A stretch of 53,972 nt of DNA. Source: Vicinamibacterales bacterium (GTDB lineage: Bacteria; Acidobacteriota; Vicinamibacteria; Vicinamibacterales; CAVVIG01). Positions 43,144 to 50,258 of this stretch are shown piece after piece. Positions within the stretch are counted from its first letter, which is position 1; every line of letters starts with the position of its first letter. Made by a program: the position numbers and the translations under genes. The notes beneath the pieces were generated by a model that did no database searches, was not told the origin of the DNA, and worked only from the letters and a program-made list of their open reading frames with translations. Where the stretch lies: NCBI GenBank assembly GCA_036497895.1, contig DASXIR010000088.1, forward strand, positions 1 through 53,972, in the 5' to 3' direction.

Positions 43144-43988
43144 AGGCCGCCTCCTGCGCGACCATTCGCCGGCGGCTCCAGGCGTTCCACGACGACGAAC
43201 TGCCGATCGCCGACCAGATTGCGGTCGTCGCGCATGTCAAGGACTGCGCATCGTGCGCGGCCGACCTGGCGGATCTGAACGACGTCAGCGGCGCGCTGCA
43301 GGGCCTGGTGGCGCAGCGTCTGGCGCTCACACACGAAGAAGCCGCGGTTTTCAACACCACCGTAGTCAGCCGTCTGACGGCCGAAAACGGCGCTTCGCTG
43401 ATGACCCACGTCCGGGAGCTGTTCGACGACATGCACGTCGTCTACGCGGCGCTCGGTGCTGCCGGCGCGGCAATCGCGTGCGTGACGATCATGCTGGGGA
43501 TGATGCGTTTCGCGACTGCCGAGCGCCCTGACTCGCTCGCCGCGATTGTCAACGTGCTGGCCACGCCGCTCGAATGCGAATCGGGCAACGAAGCCGGCGA
43601 TGTGTCCGGCTGCCGGGCTCGCTGGGAAGAACGGTGGACGGAACGCTTCCAGCGCGCGAACGAATCGGCGGAGCAGGACGCAGTGTTCACGCTCGAAGCC
43701 GTGGTGACGCATCAGGGCCATCTGGCGAACCTCGGCGTGTTGAAATCGGCCCGGCATCGGCACGCCACCGATCAGGTCAAGTTGATTGAGGGCCTGCTCG
43801 AGGTCGTGGCGCGCGCGCGGCTCGACTACCCGGCGGTCTCGCAGGCGCCTGCGACATCCAGCATGCTGTGGCTGGTCGAGCGTGCCACGGTGCGCGCCAG
43901 CAAGCAGCCGGCGCCGGCCCTCGACGCGCCGCTCCCGGCGAAGAAGCGGGCCGCGAACTCGAACGGCCGCTCGACCATCAGCGCATAA
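43140..43988 (+). CDS. anti-sigma factor (zf-HC2 N-terminus, one TM, ~150-aa extracytoplasmic domain)
   Basis: The GTG at 43140 overlaps the sigma stop as GTGA. It has the zf-HC2 pattern C...H-x3-C-x2-C (CATIRRRLQAFHDDE...HVKDCASCAADL) and the TM helix VVYAALGAAGAAIACVTIMLGMM. Confidence 0.7.
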   Translation: MKAASCATIRRRLQAFHDDELPIADQIAVVAHVKDCASCAADLADLNDVSGALQGLVAQRLALTHEEAAVFNTTVVSRLTAENGASLMTHVRELFDDMHVVYAALGAAGAAIACVTIMLGMMRFATAERPDSLAAIVNVLATPLECESGNEAGDVSGCRARWEERWTERFQRANESAEQDAVFTLEAVVTHQGHLANLGVLKSARHRHATDQVKLIEGLLEVVARARLDYPAVSQAPATSSMLWLVERATVRASKQPAPALDAPLPAKKRAANSNGRSTISA

Positions 43989-44059
43989 GCTTCTTAACAA
44001 TTTCCTTTCGGCGCGATCCTACTCGTGGCTTACCATCCGCGTGTGAGTGGTACGAAGCC

Positions 44060-44362
44060 GTGACCGCTGGTCAACTGCTGGTAATCATCTCGGTGGGGCT
44101 GTGGGTCGCGGCTGGTATTGCGTTTGCCATTCAGATGGTTCAGGGCGGCTGGCGCAATCGCCGCGAGTGGACTTGGGGCGCTCGCCTGCGGCTGATCTGC
44201 TTTACGGAGGGGCTCGGCGTTTCCCTGCACTACCTGCTCTCCCGGTTTACCGGCACGCCCTACAGCCTGAAGCAGTCGTTGATGACCGGCGCTATCGTAG
44301 CGGTGAGCTTGCTGGCGAGTACAAAGCCTTTCGAGTCGAAGGCTCGCCGATCCGACGTCTGA
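44060..44362 (+). CDS. small membrane protein (hypothetical)
   Basis: This is the GTG at 44060 within ORF 43868..44362. It has 2-3 hydrophobic helices (LLVIISVGLWVAAGIAFAI, LICFTEGLGVSLHYLL, GAIVAVSLLA). I recognise no family. Confidence 0.35.
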   Translation: MTAGQLLVIISVGLWVAAGIAFAIQMVQGGWRNRREWTWGARLRLICFTEGLGVSLHYLLSRFTGTPYSLKQSLMTGAIVAVSLLASTKPFESKARRSDV

Positions 44363-44384
44363 GGCGCTCGCCTTCCCGCGACAG

Positions 44385-46613
44385 CTAGCGTCGTGACGAG
44401 GGTGCGCTGACCTGCGCAGTCGCGACGTTGTTCATCGAATCGCTCGCCCTCAGGGTGAGGCCGCGCTCGCCGATCTCGCCGTCGATCGCCAGCTCGTAGT
44501 GCTCCTGCCGCGAATCGGCGATCCCGTCCACCGGAAACACCCCGCGCCAGCGTTGTCCGTCCTGCGAGAATTCCACGCGCTGGATGGGGGAGTGATCATC
44601 GCGGACGTCGAAGGTCACCAGCGTCTGCCCGCGCTCGACGCGGACCGCGCCCACGCTGATGGTCGGTGGCGTGTTGTCGATGTCGAATGCGACGCTGTCC
44701 ATCTCGCCGGTCAGCGCAAGGCCAGCCGGGTTGGACGGTGCGTCAGACGCAATCACCCGTACGAAGTAGGTGCCGTTCGGCACCGTCGTCGTGTCCCACA
44801 CCAGGATCGTGTCGGGCGTCGCCTTGCGCAGCGTCTTCCAGCTCGTCTCGCCTTCGCGGCGGTACAGGACGTCGTAGACCAGGTCGTCATCGTTCTCGTC
44901 ATCGGCTTTCCAGATGAGGGTCTCGAGTCCCTTCTGGTAGGCGCGCCGCCCGAGGCCGGTCGATACGCCCGGAGTCTGGCTGGCGGAGGCCGCGAGTTTC
45001 CGCTCCGGTGTTGACTGATCTTCGAACCCTGCGAGCTCCGGGTCGCCGGTCGAGAATGGCTTCTGGAAGACGATGCCGGGAGGATGCACGGTGATGGAGC
45101 GTACTTGCGGCCGCAGGTTGCGCTGCAGGTATGCGGCGCTCACCGAGGTAATCACCGGGCTCTCGCCTTTGCCGCTCATCACCACCCGCCATTGGAGGTA
45201 GCGGGCCTTGGGGCTGGTGATGGCCGAAGCATCAGCGTTGGCGTAGGCCGACGACCACGGGCTCCAGGTGTCGTCTGGCGTTTCGGTGTTGCCCGCGCGC
45301 GTGGAGACCTCGACCTTGCCACCCGTCGGAGTCGTACCATGCCAGTTGATGGCGCCCCAGGCCGCGACCATTTGCGCGTCGCGTGCTTCGGACTCGTATG
45401 TTCCGCGCGGTGCGCGCTCGGACGAGAGACGGAAGACTTTGCCCGGATTCGCGGTCGCGTAATACACGCGGCCGCCACGATCGCGGTAGATCGCGGTGAC
45501 CTGTTGCGCGCTCGCCCGTGAAAGCAGCGTGGGCCGCAGCGGTTCGCCTTCGAGGCGGTAAAGCTTGCCCTTGTTGCCGGTTCCGACGATCAGCGCGTTC
45601 TGATCGAACGCGATGTCGTAAGGCGTGTCGTCGCGCGATTCCCAGACCTCGTCCCAGACGCCGTCGCTCGAGATGCGGTAGATCGCACCTTTTGGTTGGC
45701 GGTGATCGTCCCTCGCTGCGCTGGCCGAACTGCCGCCGACATCCACAATCGACATCGAGGTGATTTCAGCTGAGACCGTCGCCACCGGCACCCGTACCGT
45801 CTCAGCGGCCGGCTGATCGATCTGCGTGACGCTGGCGCCCCCGCCCGACCCGGTCCGTCCGGCGATCGCCGTGGCGTAGAGCGTGCCCTTGTCGTCGAAG
45901 CGCAGCGCGTGAATTTCCTGGAACGGCGAATCGAGCAGCACGAACGCCTTGCCGGCGGGATCGATGCGGAGCACCCGGCCCGGTGTGCCGGTGCCGACCA
46001 GGAGATTGCCGGCCTTGTCGAACGCGAGCGCCGAGGCATGCGTCGCGTTGGTCTTGTAGAACGTGGCGCCTTTGCCATCCGGCGCAATCTTGTAGATCAC
46101 GCCCTTCTCGCCGGTGGCCGCGAACAGATTGCCGTTGGCGTCGGTCGCCAGTGCCCAGATGTACTTTTCGTCCGGACTGAAGAAGGTGGTCGCCGTGCCG
46201 TTGCGATCGACCTTGTAGATGCGGCCGTCCGGCGACGTGCCGACGTAAAGACCGCCGTTCGGCGCAGGCGCCAGGGCGTGCGCCTCCAGTTCCGAGCTGT
46301 CGAAGAACAGCGAGCCCTTGCCCTGTGGGTCGATGCGGAAGACCTTGCCTTCGTTGCCGGTGCCCACGAACAGCGTGCCGTCGGGCTGGGCCACCATCGA
46401 CCAGAGAAACGGCGCCGACGTTTCATAGACGAGCTCGGTCGCCGGCCCCAGCGTGAGCCGCCCCTGACTGTCCACGGAGAGGTTGTCGATGTCGCCCTTG
46501 AGAAAGTCGGCCTGGGTCGCCGTCTGAAAGAACCTGGGCGATGACGCTTCGAGCAGGAGGGGCGTCGTCGCGAGTAGCGCTGCCGCCAGTAAGCGGAGCC
46601 TTGAATTCAACAT
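44385..46613 (-). CDS. secreted beta-propeller protein with C-terminal Ig-like region (hypothetical)
   Basis: 742 aa. The signal peptide is MLNSRLRLLAAALLATTPLLLEA. About 40-aa blade repeats recur (DGTLFVGTGNEGKVFRID, NGGLYVGTSPDGRIYKVD, NGNLFAATGEKGVIYKIA, AGNLLVGTGTPGRVLRID...). It lies 28 nt downstream of the S55 peptidase gene. Confidence 0.7.
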   Translation of the reverse strand: MLNSRLRLLAAALLATTPLLLEASSPRFFQTATQADFLKGDIDNLSVDSQGRLTLGPATELVYETSAPFLWSMVAQPDGTLFVGTGNEGKVFRIDPQGKGSLFFDSSELEAHALAPAPNGGLYVGTSPDGRIYKVDRNGTATTFFSPDEKYIWALATDANGNLFAATGEKGVIYKIAPDGKGATFYKTNATHASALAFDKAGNLLVGTGTPGRVLRIDPAGKAFVLLDSPFQEIHALRFDDKGTLYATAIAGRTGSGGGASVTQIDQPAAETVRVPVATVSAEITSMSIVDVGGSSASAARDDHRQPKGAIYRISSDGVWDEVWESRDDTPYDIAFDQNALIVGTGNKGKLYRLEGEPLRPTLLSRASAQQVTAIYRDRGGRVYYATANPGKVFRLSSERAPRGTYESEARDAQMVAAWGAINWHGTTPTGGKVEVSTRAGNTETPDDTWSPWSSAYANADASAITSPKARYLQWRVVMSGKGESPVITSVSAAYLQRNLRPQVRSITVHPPGIVFQKPFSTGDPELAGFEDQSTPERKLAASASQTPGVSTGLGRRAYQKGLETLIWKADDENDDDLVYDVLYRREGETSWKTLRKATPDTILVWDTTTVPNGTYFVRVIASDAPSNPAGLALTGEMDSVAFDIDNTPPTISVGAVRVERGQTLVTFDVRDDHSPIQRVEFSQDGQRWRGVFPVDGIADSRQEHYELAIDGEIGERGLTLRASDSMNNVATAQVSAPSSRR

Positions 46614-46641
46614 ATCGATGACAGTGGGAAAGACGCGGGCG

Positions 46642-48507
46642 TCAGTTCTGCGACACCGTCAGCGTCAGGGTGCGCGAACCGGAAACAGCGTGCTCGGTGG
46701 GAAGTTCCCATTCACCGATCGTGGCGCTGTGAATCGGATTGAAACTGCCGCCACTACGGTCGCCTTCGAGCACGCCCAGCACCGAGGGCGGCAGCGACGA
46801 CAGCAGCTCGCCGTTGACGACGGCCCCGGCTTCCGAACTGAGCAGCCGCACGTAGAGCGTGTTGTTGCGGCGGCCCTTGTTGAGCGACTTGATCATCTGG
46901 TCGACGGTGCGTGCCTGGGGCGTGCGCGCCTCGCGCTGCTCCGACAGACTGAGCCTCGCGCCGTCGGACACCTGGATTGACAACGACCCGCTGGCGTTGG
47001 ACGGAATCTCGATCGGCAGCGTGCGAACGATGTCCTCGCCGCGATAGGTGCGGAAGAGCACCTTCAACGGGATGGTGCGGCCGGCGCGCGGACGCGGATC
47101 GTCCAGCCAGACTCGCTCGAGCGTCGCCGTCATCGGCGTCTCGGTCGTGGCGATCGTAATGTTGATGCCGTCGACATCGACCTTTTCGTAGTCGTTGCCC
47201 ATCAGGTAGGTCACCGGCGCGACCACGTAGGCGGCGGCATTCATCGAGCCTTGATCGCCCGAGAACAGGTTGTTGAAGGCAATTGGATCGTGCTTCGCGA
47301 CTCTCGCGCTGCCTCGCACCATGAAACTGGCGGCGCCGAACTGCCGCTCGTAGGATCCGATCGTATTCAGGATGCTCGCGTAGGTCATCAGCGGTCCGAA
47401 CAGCTGATCGTTAACGACGTCAAAATGGAACGTATGCGACGGGGCGCGCGGCGACTCGAGCGCAATCGTCAGCGGAATGGTGCGAGGCCCGGCGCCCAGC
47501 CGGCCGGCAATCGCGGTGGCGCGGTCCTGGGTGAAGGTGCCGATAATGTCGCCCGTGCTCGACAGCTTCATCGACGAGAACAGGCTCGGCAGAATCGTGT
47601 AAACGTATGCCCGGGTCATCGGAAATTCGGTCGGCCCCAGGTTGTACATCGGGTGGCCGAACGCGTAGACCCGGTCGCCGTCGATGTGCGTCACCGTGCC
47701 GGTACCGCCAAACTGCAGGTCGCCACCAACCAGCATGACGCCGATCGCGTCCCCCGGCTTGAGCGGACCGTCGAACGGCTTCTCGCCCTTGCGGAAGCCG
47801 CCAGCGCCGCTTCCGGAGGGAACGAAGCCCTGATCCTGGAACGCTCCGCCGAACACGTCTGCGACCTCCGGCTCGAAGCCGGACATGACGAGCGGCGTCG
47901 CGATCGGGCGAAGCAGCGTGCTCAGCTGGCTGCCAGCGAGACCCGCGACGCTGGTGATGCCGTCCATGCGGACATCATCGGGGCGATCGGCAAAAGGACG
48001 ATTCCAGTTCAGGGCCTTGCGAAACGCAGTGGTGAGTGCCTCGCGGGTGAGCGGATACTCGATGTGGACGCGTGCGCCTGGCGCCCGCACATCCGTCAGC
48101 ATGGTCGAGTCGGTCATCTCGGCGATCGGCGTAATGCCGGCGATCGGCTCTTTCGAGAAGCTGCCGAGCGCGTAAGACACCGCGCCAATCAGCTTGCCGT
48201 CGATGTAGACGGGACTTCCGCTCATGCCGGCGATCACGCCGGTGTTGGCGAGCGGTCCACCTTCGAGCTTGGCGAGAATGAGGTTGCGGTGCGTGCCGAT
48301 CACGTTCTCGAGCACGCCGATGATGTTGGCTTTGAATTCCTCGACGTGTGTCCCGTCGAAGACCGTTCGGCCGATGCCGACCATGCCCGGCCGAATCTGA
48401 TCGATGTTCATCTGCGAGGTCGCGCCGGTCAGCGTCGCGCCGGACAGAAGCGCCGACACCCCGATCACCACCGCTGTAAGCGTGACTGCGAGCCGACGGA
48501 CTAGCAT
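46642..48507 (-). CDS. SpoIVB-like peptidase S55 family protein with signal peptide
   Basis: The ATG at 48507 (MLVRRLAVTLTAVVIGVSALLS) lies within ORF 46642..48798. The S55 core is IGVLENVIGTHRNLILAKLEGGPLANTGVIAGMSGSPVYIDGKLIGAVSYA. Confidence 0.75.
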   Translation of the reverse strand: MLVRRLAVTLTAVVIGVSALLSGATLTGATSQMNIDQIRPGMVGIGRTVFDGTHVEEFKANIIGVLENVIGTHRNLILAKLEGGPLANTGVIAGMSGSPVYIDGKLIGAVSYALGSFSKEPIAGITPIAEMTDSTMLTDVRAPGARVHIEYPLTREALTTAFRKALNWNRPFADRPDDVRMDGITSVAGLAGSQLSTLLRPIATPLVMSGFEPEVADVFGGAFQDQGFVPSGSGAGGFRKGEKPFDGPLKPGDAIGVMLVGGDLQFGGTGTVTHIDGDRVYAFGHPMYNLGPTEFPMTRAYVYTILPSLFSSMKLSSTGDIIGTFTQDRATAIAGRLGAGPRTIPLTIALESPRAPSHTFHFDVVNDQLFGPLMTYASILNTIGSYERQFGAASFMVRGSARVAKHDPIAFNNLFSGDQGSMNAAAYVVAPVTYLMGNDYEKVDVDGINITIATTETPMTATLERVWLDDPRPRAGRTIPLKVLFRTYRGEDIVRTLPIEIPSNASGSLSIQVSDGARLSLSEQREARTPQARTVDQMIKSLNKGRRNNTLYVRLLSSEAGAVVNGELLSSLPPSVLGVLEGDRSGGSFNPIHSATIGEWELPTEHAVSGSRTLTLTVSQN

Positions 48508-48519
48508 GGATTTAATTCC

Positions 48520-48548
48520 GTTATACGGGAGAAGTGCTTGCTGGTCAA
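48520..48548 (-). promoter_or_regulatory. putative sigma-70 promoter for the S55 peptidase gene (TTGACC-N17-TATAAC)
   Basis: On the minus strand the sequence reads TTGACC agcaagcacttctcccg TATAAC ggaattaaatc ATG. The -10 element ends 11 nt before the start codon. Confidence 0.35.
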
Positions 48549-48567
48549 GGAGAAATGGCCGATCGTG

Positions 48568-48597
48568 TTGACAGCAATCACTACGGTTTGCTATCGT
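48568..48597 (+). promoter_or_regulatory. putative sigma-70 promoter for the aro-trp leader (TTGACA-N18-TATCGT)
   Basis: Read directly: TTGACA (48568-48573), an 18-nt spacer, then TATCGT (48592-48597). The leader ATG is 12 nt downstream. Confidence 0.4.
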
Positions 48598-48609
48598 CTG
48601 ACCCATCTG

Positions 48610-48720
48610 ATGCCGCAGTCGTTCACCCTCACATTCGTCGCCCGCCAGACCGCGCCCGTGTGCGCATCGGCGGGTTGGTGGTATTGGGGCACGACTGAAG
48701 AGGCATCCGCCTTGGCCTGA
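48610..48720 (+). CDS. putative aro/trp operon leader peptide (36 aa, contains Trp-Trp-Tyr-Trp)
   Basis: The peptide is MPQSFTLTFVARQTAPVCASAGWWYWGTTEEASALA. The codons TGG TGG TAT TGG lie at 48676-48687. The stop at 48718-48720 is 14 nt past the 5' arm of the antiterminator. It is the internal ATG of ORF 48538..48720. Confidence 0.5.
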   Translation: MPQSFTLTFVARQTAPVCASAGWWYWGTTEEASALA

Positions 48721-48756
48721 ACTGCCACTGCGCGAACGATTTTCGAGCCTCTTCAG
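48695..48756 (+). promoter_or_regulatory. antiterminator helix of the aro-trp attenuator
   Basis: CTGAAGAGGC (48695-48704) is perfectly complementary to GCCTCTTCAG (48747-48756). This pairing excludes the terminator helix. Confidence 0.55.
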
Positions 48757-48781
48757 CCAACCGGTTGAAGAGGCTTTTTTT
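48746..48781 (+). terminator. intrinsic terminator (attenuator) upstream of aroD/E-trpEGDC
   Basis: AGCCTCTTCA (48746-48755) pairs with TGAAGAGGCT (48766-48775) in a 10-bp perfect stem. The loop is gccaaccggt, with extra CC/GG pairs possible. A run of T follows (48775-48781). Confidence 0.65.
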
Positions 48782-48785
48782 ATTT

Positions 48786-50258
48786 GTGTCCAAACCACTG
48801 GTCTGCGTAACGGTCACCGGCGCCACGACGATGGAACTGCGCCAGAAGCGCGATGCCATCGCCGATGCCGATCTCGTCGAATTACGGCTCGATTCGGTCC
48901 GCGATCCTAACGTCGCCGGCGCCCTCGAGGGCCGGCGGCTGCCGGTGATCGTGACCTGCCGGCCGGCCTGGGAAGGCGGCGGCTTCACAGGATCGGAAGA
49001 GGACCGTCGGCGAATCCTCAGTGATGCGCTGGAACTCGGCGCCGACTACGTCGACATCGAGTGGCGCGCGCGCTTCGACGATCTGATCGAGCGATCAGGA
49101 GGGCGCCGCATCGTGCTCTCGAGTCACGATTTCTACGGGGTGCCGGCCGATCTGCTGGCGCGCGTTCGCGCGATGCGCTCGACCGGCGCACAGATCGTCA
49201 AGATCGCCGTCACCTTGGAGAGCCTGCGCGACGCGCTGACCCTGCACGATCTGGGCGCGCAGGGCGGGACGCCGAGCGCACTGATTCTCATCGGCATGGG
49301 CGAGTACGGTCTCACGACCCGCATCCTCGCCGGCCGGTTCGGATCGATCTGGACCTACGCGGGCGGCATCGGGTCGGTGGGACAGCTGACGCCCCAGACA
49401 CTCTTGCGCGACTACCACTTCCGCAATATCACCGCTGCGACACAAATCTACGGCATCGTCGGTGGCACGGTCGGACATTCGGTGTCGCCGGCCATGCACA
49501 ACGCGGCATTTCGAGCCGCGAGGCTCGACGCGGTTTACGTCCCGTTTCCTGCCGTCAGCGCGGCCGACTTCGCGGCGTTCGGCCGGGCCATCGGCATCAA
49601 TGGCGCCAGCATCACGATTCCCCACAAGGTGTCGATGTTCGATCAGGTTGACGAAGTGGACGCGGTGGCGCGCCGCATCGGCGCGATCAACACCGTCAGC
49701 GTGAACAACGATCGCTGGGTCGGCGCCAACACCGACGCCAGCGGATTCCTGCGGCCACTCCAGGAGCGTCTGTCTCTGAAAAACATGCGGGTGTCGGTGC
49801 TGGGCGCCGGTGGCGCGGCGAGGGCGGTGCTGGTGGCGCTGGCCTCGAGCGGCTGCTCGGTTCGCGTCCACGCCCGCGATCGCTTCCAGGCGCAAGACAT
49901 CGCGGTCCTGACGCCGGTGACGATTGGGCCGTGGCCGCCCGATCGCGGCAGCTGGGACCTGCTGATCAACTGCACGCCGATCGGCATGTACCCCCGCGTT
50001 GACGCGACGCCGATTCCCCGCGAACACCTGACGGGAAAGTACGTCTACGACCTGGTCTACAACCCTCCGGTCACGCGGCTCCTGCGCGAGGCCGAAGAGA
50101 TGGGCTGCCAGACGATCGGCGGCCTCGAGATGCTCGTCGCCCAGGCTGACGAACAGTTCCAGTGGTGGACCGGCACCAAGCCACCGATCGGTGTCATGAG
50201 AAATGCCGCGCTTCAGCGGCTGGCGGAGTTTACAGGCGATGAAAATCACCTCGTTTGA
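48786..50258 (+). CDS. bifunctional 3-dehydroquinate dehydratase (type I) / shikimate 5-dehydrogenase fusion (AroD-AroE)
   Basis: The N-terminal half is a type I DHQase (VCVTVTG, VELRLD, SSHDF, IVKIAV Schiff-base Lys region). The C-terminal half is AroE (YGIVGGTVGHSVSPAMHN, SITIPHK, NTD, GAGGAARAV). The GTG at 48786 is chosen because the TTG at 48765 lies inside the terminator stem. Confidence 0.85.
   Translation: MSKPLVCVTVTGATTMELRQKRDAIADADLVELRLDSVRDPNVAGALEGRRLPVIVTCRPAWEGGGFTGSEEDRRRILSDALELGADYVDIEWRARFDDLIERSGGRRIVLSSHDFYGVPADLLARVRAMRSTGAQIVKIAVTLESLRDALTLHDLGAQGGTPSALILIGMGEYGLTTRILAGRFGSIWTYAGGIGSVGQLTPQTLLRDYHFRNITAATQIYGIVGGTVGHSVSPAMHNAAFRAARLDAVYVPFPAVSAADFAAFGRAIGINGASITIPHKVSMFDQVDEVDAVARRIGAINTVSVNNDRWVGANTDASGFLRPLQERLSLKNMRVSVLGAGGAARAVLVALASSGCSVRVHARDRFQAQDIAVLTPVTIGPWPPDRGSWDLLINCTPIGMYPRVDATPIPREHLTGKYVYDLVYNPPVTRLLREAEEMGCQTIGGLEMLVAQADEQFQWWTGTKPPIGVMRNAALQRLAEFTGDENHLV

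Noticed and set aside
48538-48609. The TTG at 48538 as the start of a 60-aa version of the leader ORF.
   Set aside because: That start lies upstream of the predicted -35/-10 elements (48568-48597), so it would not be on the transcript. The ATG at 48610 is the first start after the promoter. This remains uncertain without a mapped TSS.
48765-48785. The TTG at 48765 as the start of the aroD/E gene, as given by the ORF track.
   Set aside because: It lies inside the 3' arm of the terminator stem and the U-tract. The first conserved AroD residues (VCVTVTG) begin just after the GTG at 48786.
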